64,000 nt of DNA from Eledone cirrhosa. Taxonomy: Eukaryota. A program made the position numbers and the translations under genes. The notes below the pieces were generated by a model, which made no database searches, was not told the origin of the DNA, and saw only the letters and a program-made list of their open reading frames with translations. The number at the start of each line of letters is the position of its first letter. The first letter of the stretch is position 1. The stretch is from assembly GCA_964016885.1 (NCBI GenBank), contig OZ024751.1, forward strand, positions 38,192,001 to 38,256,000, in the 5' to 3' direction. This document shows positions 31,534-46,857 of the stretch, in pieces.

Positions 31534-32754
31534 TGTATGTGGAAAATGGGATATTATAACACTTTTTATTAGCATAGTGTTTTCGTTTCGTTTTCGTTAT
31601 TTCGTTTTTCCGTGTTTTAGACGTATTCTTCTTGTATATAAACACGGTATTAAGTGAGGTGGAGGTACACAATAGCCATTCACTAAATGCTTTTGTTATT
31701 CTATCCTTTGATGTGATAGATGTGTTTCGTAAAAGTCATAGGTGTTACAGTGCCGGCTATTATTTTTGAAAGTATCAAATTTTGAAAATCATATAACTCA
31801 CTCTCACTTGCACTCTCAGTGTCTGTATATCTCTCTACTTCATTCTCTCTCTCCCTTTTCAGTCTCTTCTGGTTTCCCCTATCTTATTCTCCGCCATAAT
31901 ATAGACTATCTAAGCAATAATCTTTCTCTATCGCTATCAAAAAAATGCATTATCGTCTCGTCTGTGTCTCGAAGCTGTTCGAGACACAGGCAAGAAAGGT
32001 AATTTATTTTTACAGTCAATGCAATTAATATGCAGCCCTGCTCCCCCCCCACCCTTGTAATATTTTTATGAATATTTTTAATCGATTTTTTTTCATATTT
32101 TCATTTTTATTTTATATTTTTATTATTTTCTTTATGTTAGAGATAATGTATATGTTGCAGGCTTAACTTTCATCTATTGTTATCATATTAATGCTTATGT
32201 ATACATAAACATACATACACACAGTACTACAAACAATACTACACTACAAACACACACACTTACACACATATATACATATATAAATATATATATATACAGA
32301 GAGGCTTGTGCGTACTTGTGTCTATATGTGGTTCTTAGTGTTTGAGTGTGCTGGTGTATGTCCTCTTATGTTTCCTTCCCTATTCCATTAGGAAGAAAAA
32401 AAAAAAAAGATGTTTGCGAGCAACCATTGTTGATGAGGCCTACTTTGATATTGTTACTAATTATTAATCGGACGAGAAAATTTAAAGTTATCTTATATAT
32501 ACATTGCTTTGAAACTTACACACCCATATATTAACGCCTGCACACTTTGCACAGAGTTATGAAATATACATTCATATACACATATATATTTAGAAACACA
32601 TACATTCTCACACGCACACATACATGCATGTACATATAAGTGTCTGAGTGTCCTTTTTTTTTTTTTTTTACTAATGAATACAATTATGCCCGTAAATAAA
32701 AGCACACATATAAAATTGTCGAGGTTGCTATGGTGCTGTGAAAATCACTTTGAC

Positions 32755-32789
<35 letters not shown>

Positions 32790-34396
32790 GAATAAAGTTA
32801 TTTTGTAGATTATAAACTGATATTTGCAATATAGCAAAGAACAATAAGTCTATTACCGGAATATTTTGTTCATAAACTTTATAAAGTATGGTTTTGATTG
32901 GGAAAATATTTCGGTAACTTTAAGTGAGACCGGCTGTAAAAAGATTTATACAGGTAGGAAACGCAACTAGGAATTAGCACTTTCTGGACAATATTTATAA
33001 TGAAATACATTATTTATTTCTAATCTTAATTATTTCATTAGTAAGATACAGACTCAACATAGAGTTCATATATAAAATTATCCTGGCAGAGTTTAATTTA
33101 GATAGAAACTCTCTAAATTGAGTGGTTTTGTTTCATACACTCCAAGCAGGACTTAGTGGGTAAAATAATTATACAAATAATAATTACATTATCTGATGGG
33201 ACATTTTAGGTATATATTGCTGCCCAATATAGTTATAAAGAAGTTATATAACAAAATAAAACCACCCTCGTTGGTTCCTCTTTGATTAGTTTCTAAAACA
33301 TGATACCAAGATCTCGGTTATATGATGTTTTCATTCCGTCTTCGATTCTTGTTGGAACAATTTCAATTGCAAAACATTCTCACTGGAAACATGTGTAACA
33401 TACAAGCAACAATTAATTCCCTTCCTCTATAAATTTCTGACTTTAAGATTTGGTCGGAAATCACATATAATTTGTAGCCAAACCTTTAGTGTATAGAATA
33501 TGTTTCTTAACTATGTCATTTGTTTCTTTATTGAGATCGAATTGAAAATACTTATAATGGTTTTTATGTTCAGAAGTAGAATTGTTTTATGCACTATTGT
33601 TGAGATACTTTCTCTGAAAAAGACTTGATCTAAGACCACTCAACTTACTATATCACTGAGCCATCAAACTATTAAATGCGAAAGTTTCCGCTAGAGTAAA
33701 TTTGTATTAAAGACATGAAACTAAAACAAAACAAAAACAAACCCCTCCCCCTGATGGAAACGACAATACTGAGTTGTAGTTGATAATGGTACAAGAAGTA
33801 AAAACACTGCTCAGAAGAAGAAGAAATTTAGGCAATATACTTTTATTACATCTCACCTGAATTATTGTTGACTATTATAAGACACAATGAGAATAACTAT
33901 TGTTATATGTATGTACTCTCAGACTGGGGTCGATGCCAAAGATTTTCCAAAAGTGTTCATACAATTAAACATAAATTTTACTAGACTTTCTCAAGAATTA
34001 CAGTGCGAAAGACAGTTTAGTTATAAAACTCCGTGTCTCTACGACGAATCACTCTAATGACGGTTAAGAAACCATTAAAAACATGACCGCTTACAATTAC
34101 CTTTAGGAAACTAAAGTGAAATTATTGCTCTGGCACCAAAAGTATTTGCAGTGTGTCATAAACTTTGATTACAGAATAAGATAGACATCGGCAAGATGGA
34201 GCTTACGTTCTTACTTATTCTAAGTAGAAACTATGTATTTGTCTTTTCAAATAATTTCCAACGCACACACCCTCATACACACGCAAAGTAAGACTTCCCA
34301 CATGTACACAAAAATACAGGCAAACATACACTTCTACGTATGTTCTCTCTTTCGGTAAGTATGTATATCACACACACACACACAAACACACACACA

Positions 34397-34435
<39 letters not shown>

Positions 34436-34458
34436 TATAAATATATATATATATATAT

Positions 34459-34775
34459 AGAGAGAGAGAAGAGAATGGAGAGAGAGAGAGAGAGAGAAAA
34501 GTAGAGAGAGAGAGAGAGAGAGAGAAGAGAGGAGAAAGACGAGAGAGAGAGAGAGAGAAGAGAGGAGAAAGACGAGAGAGAGAGAAGAGAGGAGAAAGAC
34601 GAGAGAGAGAGAGAGAGAGAGAAGAGAGAGAGAAGAGAGGAGAAAGACGAGAGAGTGGAGAGAGGAGAAAGACGAGAGAGAGGAGAGAGAGGACAGAGAG
34701 GAGAGAAAGAAGAGACGAGGAGAGAGAAGAGAGAAGGAGAGAGGAGAGAGAAGTAAGAAGGAGAGAGGAGAGAGA
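34459..34775. repeat. GA-rich minisatellite (GA)n-AGAGAGGAGAAAGAC units
   Basis: Repeated AAGAGAGGAGAAAGACGAGAG units in a purine-rich tract. Confidence 0.85.
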
Positions 34776-34938
34776 TGCATATATGGACAAACACGTGGTG
34801 ATATGTGGGTGTGAACGTATATGCATGAAGAGCGATATAGATTAAAGCACAGAGATATAAACATATATCAACATATGTACAACTTACTTTATTCTATTTC
34901 CCTGGAATCCTTGTAAAGAGCTTGAAATGTATAATAAA

Positions 34939-35092
34939 AATAATTGTTTCTACTTTTAGCACAAGGCCAGCAATTATCCAGTGTATTACTGGTACTTTAT
35001 TTTATCGACCCCGTAAGGATGAAAGGCAAAGTTAACCTCGGCGGGATTTGAACTCAGAATGGCAAAGGCCGTAACTCTATGCGTCAAAGCAT
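34939..35092 (-). mobile_element. 5'-truncated SINE (main family) with TSD
   Basis: ATAATAAAAATAAT at 34931-34944 and 35091-35104. Confidence 0.85.
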
Positions 35093-35475
35093 AATAAAAA
35101 TAATAAAGTATAAATATTATTCGAATAATCAAGGGAATTATTTGTAAATTTGTTTAAATTATTATGAAATTTTAATATAACAATTTGTAAATGTAAAAAT
35201 ACTAATTTTTGAAAAAGACAGAACCATAGACGTCCAGAATATACGATCTAACAGGGAAATACTATGTATGCTATATTTTCAATATATCCCCTTATTTCTA
35301 TGAATAATTTTCCTCCAGAAGAAGAAACTTAAATTCTTCCAATATTGGTTATTCCAATGTTTTGGAATTCCCGATGTCGTATCTTGAATTGCAATTGTTA
35401 AAATTGACTTTTCGTAGCCGATTTGACTTGTATCCCCACCAAAATGAGACTTTAGTCAAAGTTATATATATATAT

Positions 35476-35541
35476 CGTTTCTGAATTTGTTTAGCAAGAT
35501 TCTTTATCTGAAATATTGGCAACATGACCCTCCCAAAGTAT

Positions 35542-35549
<8 letters not shown>
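35476..35549. mobile_element. Minimal family A remnant: both termini joined in inverted orientation
   Basis: Reverse-complemented tail (CGTTTCTGAATTTGTTTAGCAAGATTCTTTATCTGAAAT) joined to ATTGGCAACATGACCCTCCCAAAGTATAACAAT, within (TA)n. Confidence 0.75.
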
Positions 35550-35593
<44 letters not shown>

Positions 35594-35683
35594 AAAAATT
35601 GAACGGGAACAAAACAGAGAGGCAGTACGAACAAAGGTTTATTAGTTTCACACTCTTGAGATATATATATTAGTTTCACGCTC

Positions 35684-35719
<36 letters not shown>

Positions 35720-35791
35720 CCGTTTACCAATATATATATATATATACAATGATATTAAATAAATGGAAACTATATTTATAAAACCATATTT

Positions 35792-35850
35792 ATTGTATTA
35801 TATATATTTCAAGGGTACCAAAACTTTGGTACGCTCTCATCAGATAAAAT
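35792..35850 (-). ncRNA. Type I hammerhead ribozyme
   Basis: ATTTTAT-CTGATGA-GAGcGTACCAAA gt TTTGGTACcCTT-GAAA-TATATA-TA-ATACAAT; long stem II, palindromic stem III. Confidence 0.7.
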
Positions 35851-36149
35851 ACAAAGTTTGTTTTATAAATATTGACATATCCAGGAAGATCTTAACGGTT
35901 CAAGTATTTCCTGGATAGGAGTGTTTCGAATCAGTTATAAACATTTATATTTGTTGAATTACCAACAAATTAAATATCCCTTTTGCTTATATATATATTG
36001 TTATACTTTGGGAAGGTCATGTTGCCAATAAGAAACACACGCACCAGTTGCTTTCACTCCAATTTATTATAAATTAAATTTATAAATTTAAGAATTTATA
36101 AATTTCTGGTTCGTTTGTTGGTTCCATAACCGGACGGTTGTTCGTATAT

Positions 36150-36194
36150 TGTCAAAGTTCTTTCGTCACACATACTGTGACCTCTTCAGTGACA
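36150..36194 (-). ncRNA. Minimal type I hammerhead ribozyme (family A)
   Basis: TGTCA-CTGAAGA-G-GTCACA gtatg TGTGAC-GAAA-GAAC-TT-TGACA. Confidence 0.75.
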
Positions 36195-36935
36195 GGGAAT
36201 TATTTTCTTTGTTTTGTGCCTCTCATTTGTTCTGTCCTACGCCATCTTGTTTTTGTGTGTGTTGTGTGCTTAGATTGTGCATGTGTTACATCCGGGTGTC
36301 TCTGTGTGTTTTTATTTGTTTATTTATATGTTACTGGTTGGTTGTTTGTTCTGTGTGTGTGTGTTTTCATTTTGTCCTTAATTGTAAGTTGTGATGTTGC
36401 TATTACATTCATGTTAACTATTTAATTTTGGTTGGAGTTCATTTATGTTTATTGCCTCTGTGATTTGTCTAAACAGTGCGTCTTTTCTGTGTGTAGATTC
36501 TATTTTTATTTCTTTGTTCTCTAATTTGCCCTATGTTCTATTTAAAAAAAAAAATAAAATAAAAATAAAAAAAAATAAAATAGAACATAAGGGCAAATTA
36601 GAGAACATAGAAATAAAAATAGAATCAACACACAGAAAAGACGCAATGTTTAGACAAATCACAGAAGCAATAAACATAAATGAACTCCAACCAAAATTAA
36701 ATATAAAACATGAATGGAATAGCAACATCACAACTTACAATTAAGGACAAAATGAAAACACACACACACACACACACATAGAACAAACAACCAACAAGTA
36801 ACATAAATAAACAAATAAAAACACACACAGACACCCGGATGTAACACATGCGCATTCTAAGCACACAACACACACACAAACAAGATGGCGTAGGACAGAA
36901 CAAAGGAGAGGCACAAAACAAAGAAAATAATCCCC

Positions 36936-36980
36936 AGTCACTGAAGAGGTCACATAATGTGTGACGAAAGAACTTTGACA
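36936..36980 (+). ncRNA. Minimal type I hammerhead ribozyme (family A)
   Basis: AGTCA-CTGAAGA-G-GTCACA taatg TGTGAC-GAAA-GAAC-TT-TGACA. Confidence 0.75.
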
Positions 36981-37178
36981 ATATATGAACAACCGTCCGG
37001 TTATGGAACCAACCAACCAACCAACCAACCGTAAATTTATAAATTTAATTTATAATAAATTGGAGTGAAAGCACTGGTGCGTGTGTTTCTTATTGGCAAC
37101 ATGACCCTCCCAAAGTATAACAATATCGGTTTCAACACACGTTTTCAGATAAAGAATCTTGCTAAACAAATTCAGAAA

Positions 37179-37251
<73 letters not shown>

Positions 37252-38170
37252 CGTATACACACTCAGTGTGAAACCAGTTTCGAATAAGTACGCCACCTCT
37301 GTATATGTTCCTTTGACGATTTTGATGATATTCACAGTTAGAAATGATCACGAAGCTATCTATATTTGTCTATTGGTAATGACACTTATGGCGCACCCGA
37401 TCATATGGTATATGTAAACTCCATTTTAAAACGATCTAATATATTTCTGGATCACATTTTATTTTATATTTAGTTTAATTATACAAATCTGTATAGAACT
37501 ATGATGTCCGTACTCTAATCTACTGCCTAGTTGGTCTTAATGGTAGAACTGACTGTGTGTGTGAATATGTCTGAGATCGTGAGTATGTGACTGTGCGTGT
37601 GCTTGCACGGGTGAAAAGAGACAAATTGAGATAGAATTATAAAACATGTGAATATGATAACAGACGATAAACCAAGAGAATATATAAAATAAGTCTAAGT
37701 TAAACAATCGGTAATATAACGAAACCAGAACAAATTAATCTAACACATATATAAAAGAACATGAATATGAATCTTATAATTCTTTCTATTCTTTTATTCA
37801 TTTTCTGTTATCAGTAGAAGAACTGGAAGTTATTATTCACTCGTAGCAAAAATACGAAACTAAAGTTCATGAACAAATGACGTTATCTTTATAAAATATA
37901 TACCACTCACATCTCTATCACCATTTTTGTCGCAGCTCTGAGTATATTTATCATATTTTCCACCCATTATTTCAGTAAAACAGAAAAAATAACGTACATT
38001 ATTATTATTTTAAATGCGTCACTGGCTGAAACTTTCCAGTAAATCTTCCAAATTTCCTAGGAGACAATTCTAGTCTCTCAGTTTGTTTGGATTTATTGTT
38101 TTATTTGCAGTAAAAATAAAAACAAAGTTTTTGTGTGTGTGTATAGATTCATATCTACATTAATATGTAT

Positions 38171-38203
<33 letters not shown>

Positions 38204-38310
38204 GTCATACATACACGCATATTTATATATAACTGTATATATAGTTGTGTGTTCAAAATTTCTCAGTTTTATTCTCTGGATTTATTGTTACATTAACAAC
38301 AAAAATAAAG

Positions 38311-38377
<67 letters not shown>

Positions 38378-39731
38378 ACATACATATCTATATTAATATA
38401 TATTCATTCATATGTGTGTCTGCGTGTTTGTGTGTCTATGTGTGTGTGCGTGTCTTTGTGTGTGTGTTTTAAACATTTCGGAAATTAATCACGTATTTAA
38501 ATTTATAAGAGATAATGTTAAAACGATGAAGGGAAAAAAATATATTTATTTTTAAGGTTTTCTGTGTAGATTCCAATACACAAATACACACTAATAGACC
38601 CATACAACGTTAGAAACACCCACTCGCTCACATACACAAGCACAGTAAATATTTCGCCCGGCCACTAACACAACAACCCCAAACACTCAAATAACACCTC
38701 ACAAATACTTAACCACAAACAGTTCAATAACGCCACACTCACACACTACATATCACACGCTCTCATTCACTTCATTCGGCCGCTAAGTACTCTATAATAG
38801 AGAAGGGTAAGTGTGTTAAATCTGCCATACAAATTGCTAGACAGATTTTCTTATTTTCGTTCTGTCTCTGTGGAAATAAGCTTAGAGACAATTCAAAAGA
38901 AGTAACAACAACATATATCTTGATAGATGTGTGGGAGGAAAACCCGAATATATGACGATATACATGAAAAACAATCATGGGTCTGTATTAAACTTAAACA
39001 TTTATAAACAACTTTCTTTTAACAAAAAGCGGTAGCACTAACACAGCGTGATTAAGAATTAATCTAATGAATTTAACCAATAAAAGAATATTTTAGAAAA
39101 CACCCACATAATCCACAAAGCATATGGAATGAAAGGATGAAACACCATTGTGACCTTTGTAGCATTTGGATTCAGAGCAGGGAGAGCCGAAACGAATGCC
39201 ACAATCAATCCAACTTTCTATTGATTGTCAATTCATCACCTTTATCATATTTAAGCACCAGAAAAAATAAAACAATGTAAATGTGAATATTGAATAACTT
39301 AAACTCATCATAACATCTACGCTTGGGCCCCGAGTCACCAACACTTTCTACAATATACCTTGGAAAGTCAGTCAAAATGGCATTCCACATTATTTGTTTT
39401 GTGTGGTTTGCTTTGAGTTTTTCCAGGTTCACCGTTTGTCTGTGCTGTACGGATGTTTCTTACTTAAATATATTTTCATTATTTCCTCCCTTTTTTTCTA
39501 TGTTGGTGATTGAAGAGAACAATGTTAGAGCACCGGATGAAATGGTTTGCAAATTTTGTCTTGCTTTATATTTTCTAAGTTCAAATAACGCTTTACTTCA
39601 TTCCGGGGTCGATAATTAAAGATCCAATCAAGTTCTCCGCTTACTTAATATATTTATTCCTCATCTATTTCGCTGGCATTTTACCTAGATTAGAAACCAT
39701 TATTTTTCATCTTCTGAGCCAGATTACAGTT

Positions 39732-39919
39732 TGGATTGGCAGTATCGGTAGAGGGTCGGACGCCATGCTTTATAGCAAAGAGTTACGGCCCTTTATGTTC
39801 TGAGTTCAAATCCCGCCGAGATTAACTTTGCTTTTCATCTTTACGGGGTCGATAAAATAAAGTACCAGTAATGTACTGGATAATTGCTGGCCTTGTACCA
39901 AAAAGTAGAAACAATTATT
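39732..39919 (+). mobile_element. tRNA-derived SINE (main family)
   Basis: Matches the 19428 unit. Confidence 0.85.
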
Positions 39920-40420
39920 TAATAGCATTCCTCGTGTGCTTACATTTAAGTATTTATGATTTCTGGTGCTCACTTCCATGCTTTTAAATGAGCATCATTG
40001 CGGGCTATATCAAAATGTTTAAATACTCCAAGTAAATGTTTGACGTTCAACCTTCCTGGATTTATAACTTAAAGTACCAGTCAACTATGTATGTCGATTT
40101 AACTGCACTGCTCAAACATCCAACAAAAAACATTCATGACATTTTGATAAAAGAAAAACAATATATTATTCAAATATCACCTTTAAATATTGGGTTACCT
40201 AATAAAACATTTTATGGATGTTAATGTTGTATAATTTTCACCGTCAATATTCCTATTATATCACCCAATCCTAAGTCAGATGTACTTGTCTATTGACCTC
40301 AAAATCTCAACACCAGTCAGATATTGTCACATTTAAGCTAACATTAGTGACACCATCTTCAGCTACATTGAAATATATATATATCAATAATATAAGAGTA
40401 CATTTCAATATACATATCAG

Positions 40421-40469
<49 letters not shown>

Positions 40470-40588
40470 GATAAACATGTTGGACTTAAAAACCTATCAA
40501 GGTGGGTATTGAAATTACAAAACGGACGATGTTAAATTGAAATTGTTCATCGATTCGACTGCTTTGCTAATATCTATACAAATCGTGT

Positions 40589-40637
<49 letters not shown>

Positions 40638-40754
40638 CACACATCTATATATATACATTTATACACACATCTATATATATACATTTATACACACATCTAT
40701 ATATATACACACATATATATATATATATATATGTGTGTATATATTTATACACAC

Positions 40755-40816
<62 letters not shown>

Positions 40817-41381
40817 ATATAGATATGCATATGCACACAAATATGTAAATATAGATAGAGTCGTAGGAAGGGATATGTGTGCGTTTAAATCAATGTATGG
40901 TAGATAAAGTGTGAACGTGTGTATGCAAACTTATCTGTGTCCGCTCTAGTGCTTATGTAGAAGTATATATTAGTATAGTATGCGAAAGTATATGTGTGTG
41001 TCTTCCATTTTCCGAGAGTGCAAGGCTATCTGTATTTTTCCACATCTTCATATCTTATTTACACTTCTGTCGTATTTACAATTTAACATATAACATAATG
41101 TATCAACTTTTATTAGATGGCATTATTTTCTAATCGTTTATCAAGCTAACACACAGAAGTGTGCAGACATGCGTGATATACGAACTGTATTGTTTAGAAA
41201 ACCAAATGATTCAATTTTATTTCTGTTCACCAAAATCAATGAACTATATTACGATTTTATTTGTCACTCTATATACATAAAACATAAAAATACAACATAC
41301 CTACATACGTTTACATGTGCTAGGACATATATGAATGTGTGTATATATATATATATATGTATATATGTATATATATATGTA

Positions 41382-41425
<44 letters not shown>

Positions 41426-41762
41426 TATATATATTTATATATATATATGCATATATATATTTATATACATACATAAATACATATATATATATACACACAT
41501 TTATATATGCATATATATATTTATATACATACATAAATACATATATATATATACACACATTTATATATGCATATATATATATTTGTATACATACATAAAT
41601 ACATATATATATACACACACATATATACACATATGTAAACATATATATATACACATACACACACATATGTATGCACATATATATATACACACATTTATAC
41701 ATATATTATGCACACATATATCGAAACAGGTACATACAGAGACACATACATTCATACAAACA

Positions 41763-41797
<35 letters not shown>

Positions 41798-42049
41798 TCG
41801 GTTTATATTTGTGTGTGTATGTGTGTACGTAGTGTTTTTATGGGTAAATGTGTTTTCTGTAAGAAGTGTGTGCGTGCGCGTAATGGTTTGAAAAATATAT
41901 CAAAATTGCTTTAATGTCTCGGAAAATATGTCATTTGTAGAAATAAGTTTCTGTATAGATCACAACTAACAAAATACCGTAAATCGATAAACAAACAGCA
42001 GAGAGAGAGATGGACATATTATATATATATAGCTTCGTGTGAGTGAACA

Positions 42050-42101
<52 letters not shown>

Positions 42102-42133
42102 TGCGTGTGTGTGTGTAGGTGTGCATGTGTGCA

Positions 42134-42201
<68 letters not shown>

Positions 42202-42349
42202 TGTGTGTGGGGGGGGGGATACAGAAGGTAGTTTGATAGGTAGATATTTGATTTTGGAAAATAGAGTTAGATCAGACTGATTCTCACACAGACACACATG
42301 TATATGTATAGAAATACATACATGTATGTATACATAAATCAGACATACA

Positions 42350-42354
42350 TATTC

Positions 42355-42392
<38 letters not shown>

Positions 42393-42452
42393 GTATATAT
42401 ATATATATGAATATATATATATACGTATATATATATATATATGAATATATAC

Positions 42453-42500
<48 letters not shown>

Positions 42501-42762
42501 GTATATATATATATATGAATATATACGTATATATATATATATGAATATATATATACGTATATATATATATATGAATATATACGTATATATATATATATAT
42601 ATATGAATATATATATACGTATATATATATATATGAATATATACGTATATATATATATATATATATGAATATATATATACGTATATATATATGAATATAT
42701 ACGTATATATATATATATATATATATGAATATATATATACGTATATATATATGAATATATAC

Positions 42763-42805
<43 letters not shown>

Positions 42806-43100
42806 TATATATATATATATACATATATATATGAATATATACGTATATACGTATATATATATATATGAATATATATATATATATATACATATATATATGA
42901 ATATATACGTATATATATATATATATGAATATATACGTATATATATATATACGAATATATATATATATATATACATATATATATGAATATATACGTATAT
43001 ATATATATGAATATATACGTATATATATATACATGAATATATATATATATATATACATACATATATATATGAATATATACGTATATATATGAATATATAC

Positions 43101-43147
<47 letters not shown>

Positions 43148-43395
43148 TATATATATATATATACATATATATATGAATATATATATATATATATACATAT
43201 ATATATGAATATATATATATATACATATATATATGAATATATATATATATATACATATATATATGAATATATATATATATACATATATATATATATGAAT
43301 ATATATATATATACATATATATATATATGAATATATATATATATATATACATACGTATATATATATATATATATACGTATGTATATATATATATA

Positions 43396-43450
<55 letters not shown>

Positions 43451-43497
43451 GTATATATTCATATATATATATATACGTATATATATATATATATATA
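42350..43497. repeat. Compound (TA)n microsatellite with ACG/GAA interruptions
   Basis: Direct reading; similar tract resumes at 45888-46735 beyond the PLE. Confidence 0.95.
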
Positions 43498-43616
43498 TAA
43501 ACGTTAGAATATGTGTAATAAGGCCAAGACAATGCAGATATGGACATAGAAAAAAGAATGCAATAGTGAAAGATATTGATGAGAATTCGTCTTTCACCTT
43601 GAATTTATTTAAATGT

Positions 43617-43651
43617 CCTTAATTTTCGAGATAATATCTCTTCTTCGGAGG
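43617..43651 (-). ncRNA. Minimal HHR variant (CCGAAGA core) in PLE pseudo-LTR
   Basis: CCT-CCGAAGA-A-GAGAT att ATCTC-GAAA-AT-TA-AGG, sense to the ORF; identical copy at 45692-45726 (+). Confidence 0.6.
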
Positions 43652-44035
43652 GAAGTAAAAGTCTCAGACCAGCGTCTAAATTTCCAATGAAGCCATGCTG
43701 ACCGGAAATAGTATAGAGTTCTAACTTTAATATCAAAGAATTAAAATTAGGTGGGTAAAGAGTAGTCTCCCTTTAAGAGGGGTTTGTTTATGTTTTTGTT
43801 GTGTTTTTTTAAATTTTATATGCGTGCCTGTATATGTGTGTGGGAGAACGCATGAAGGTGTAGGTATGTGGGTGTGTGTGTGTGTGAGTGTGGGAAGATA
43901 GGTCTAATCGTAAAAGTGGGGGGTATGTGTTATCTGGTGTTAGAACTGGTTTTGTGTGTGTATGTGTGAGAGAGAATAAGTGGAGGTGTGCGCGTGCGTG
44001 TGTGTGGGGTGTGTAAAGTGGGGCTAGAGGCCCTA

Positions 44036-45430
44036 TCAGGTTATGAATTGGGTGTTGAGCTCTAGTCTATTATTGATTGGTGGATGTGTTCTATCTATAA
44101 TGAGTGCTTCCTTGATTCTAAGATTGCCGAGGTTTCTTTCCTTAGTTTCTATCCTAACTGTTATGTTTTTATCAGTGTTTTTGCATTTAACTAGGTGTTT
44201 CTTAAATGAGGAAGCGTTAGTATTGAGGTGTTCTTTTATTCTTATGTGGAGTGGTCTGGTGGTGCTACCTACGTAGAAGTTGTTGCATTTGTCACACTCT
44301 AGTCTGTAAACTACGTAAGCCTGGTGGCATAGGTCTGTGTCGTTGATGGGGCAGTTGGCTAGTCTGCAGCAGTTGTCATGTCTGGTGGAGTGTCTCTTAG
44401 CTAGCCGTCCACGCAAAGAAGGACCCGAATGGGCCAGTTGAATATCCAGACCTTCTCGTCTGATGGCTCTGCGGATGGCTGTTGTTGTTTCTTCACTGAA
44501 GTGTGGGAGCTTCAGGAAGCAAGTGTTAGTGCCTCGGGTGTGGTGTCTTCTGTTCTTTCTGGCACGGTTTGTGGTGGATGTCGTGTATCCGTTCAGTTTG
44601 AGTACTTCCAGGAAATGTGTGGTGTGTATGTCTCGGTCTCTGGCGTCGGTGCATTTGTTCTTGATACGTGCCAGTTCGTTCTTTATGTATCCGAACTTGG
44701 CACCGAGTGGGAGGGCCGATCTGAAATGTACGAACAGGTCCCTGCTGGCGGCTTTTTTATAGAAGCAGGTGTGGATGTTGCCTTCCTCTGTTACCCTGAG
44801 TTGGAAGTCCAGCAGGGATAGGGATCCGCGGTCATCGGGGTGTTCTATGCTGAACTTTATACTGGCGTCCATGCTGGAGAATGTTGTGTATATTTTCTCT
44901 GCCTCCTCACGGGATGATGTAAGGATGAGTATGTCATCTACATATCGGGTGAAGAAGGCATGGGAATGGCAGGTGTTGAGGGCTCGGCATTCTAGTTGGT
45001 TCATGTAAGTGATGGCCAGCAGGCCAGAGAGGCTGGATCCCATGGGTAATCCTGTTGTCTGTCTGTATGTGTGGTGGTGGAAGGTGAAGTACGTGTTGTC
45101 GACTGTGAAGGACAACAGTTGGTGTATGTCCGTCGGATGGAGGCCGTAGCAGTGGATGTTCTCTGCGACCACGCAGTCCGTCAATAAATCAACAGCTGGG
45201 TGAGCGGGGACTGTAGTGTAGAGGGAGACAACGTCGAGGCTAAAAGCGTATTTATTAAGTTTAAGTTGTTCTGGCTGGAGTTGGTGTAATCTACGTATAA
45301 CTTCGTCGGAGCTACTGACATGTCCGGGGAAGGTGGAGAGTAGAGGCTTGAGGACCTGGGAGACAAGCCAGGAAATTTTGTATAGGGGTCCTTCTATGCT
45401 AGAGACGATGGGTCTTATATGCGTCTTAAA
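44036..45430 (-). CDS. PLE reverse transcriptase + GIY-YIG endonuclease (N-terminally truncated)
   Basis: IRPIVS, SLDVVSLYT, GLPMGSSLS, RYVDD, LLDF, FYKK; endonuclease VVYRLECDKC..YVGSTTR.L..RIKEH..KKH..KEAL.I...P.IN with CCHH. The first ~9 codons in the track come from the inverted arm. Confidence 0.93.
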   Translation of the reverse strand, partial: FKTHIRPIVSSIEGPLYKISWLVSQVLKPLLSTFPGHVSSSDEVIRRLHQLQPEQLKLNKYAFSLDVVSLYTTVPAHPAVDLLTDCVVAENIHCYGLHPTDIHQLLSFTVDNTYFTFHHHTYRQTTGLPMGSSLSGLLAITYMNQLECRALNTCHSHAFFTRYVDDILILTSSREEAEKIYTTFSSMDASIKFSIEHPDDRGSLSLLDFQLRVTEEGNIHTCFYKKAASRDLFVHFRSALPLGAKFGYIKNELARIKNKCTDARDRDIHTTHFLEVLKLNGYTTSTTNRARKNRRHHTRGTNTCFLKLPHFSEETTTAIRRAIRREGLDIQLAHSGPSLRGRLAKRHSTRHDNCCRLANCPINDTDLCHQAYVVYRLECDKCNNFYVGSTTRPLHIRIKEHLNTNASSFKKHLVKCKNTDKNITVRIETKERNLGNLRIKEALIIDRTHPPINNRLELNTQFIT

Positions 45431-45887
45431 TTTACGATTAGACCTATCTTCCCACACTCACACACACACACCCACATACCTACACCTTCATGCGTTCTCC
45501 CACACACATATACAGGCACGCATATAAAATTTAAAAAAACACAACAAAAACATAAACAAACCCCTCTTAAAGGGAGACTACTCTTTACCCACCTAATTTT
45601 AATTCTTTGATATTAAAGTTAGAACTCTATACTATTTCCGGTCAGCATGGCTTCATTGGAAATTTAGACGCTGGTCTGAGACTTTTACTTCCCTCCGAAG
45701 AAGAGATATTATCTCGAAAATTAAGGACATTTAAATAAATTCAAGGTGAAAGACGAATTCTCATCAATATCTTTCACTATTGCATTCTTTTTTCTATGTC
45801 CATATCTGCATTGTCTTGGCCTTATTACACATATTCTAACGTTTATACCTCATTACACAATGCTTCAAGTGAACTATAACCTCCTCC

Positions 45888-46857
<970 letters not shown>

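Larger units (their letters stand above)
35997..37181. mobile_element. Large fold-back PLE pseudo-LTR element (family A)
   Basis: About 545-bp inverted arms 35997-36543 / 36578-37124 around an A-rich spacer; right arm extended about 55 nt; HHR in each arm. Confidence 0.85.
43498..45887 (-). mobile_element. Penelope-like element, 5'-truncated, with inverted pseudo-LTRs
   Basis: RT-GIY-YIG ORF; near-identical inverted arms 43498-43914 / 45431-45846; about 40-nt tail to 45887; inserted in (TA)n. Confidence 0.92.

Noticed and set aside
44043-45610. Antisense ORFs over the PLE and its apparent MWEDRS start
   Set aside because: Shadow frames; the start is a GTG contributed by the inverted arm.
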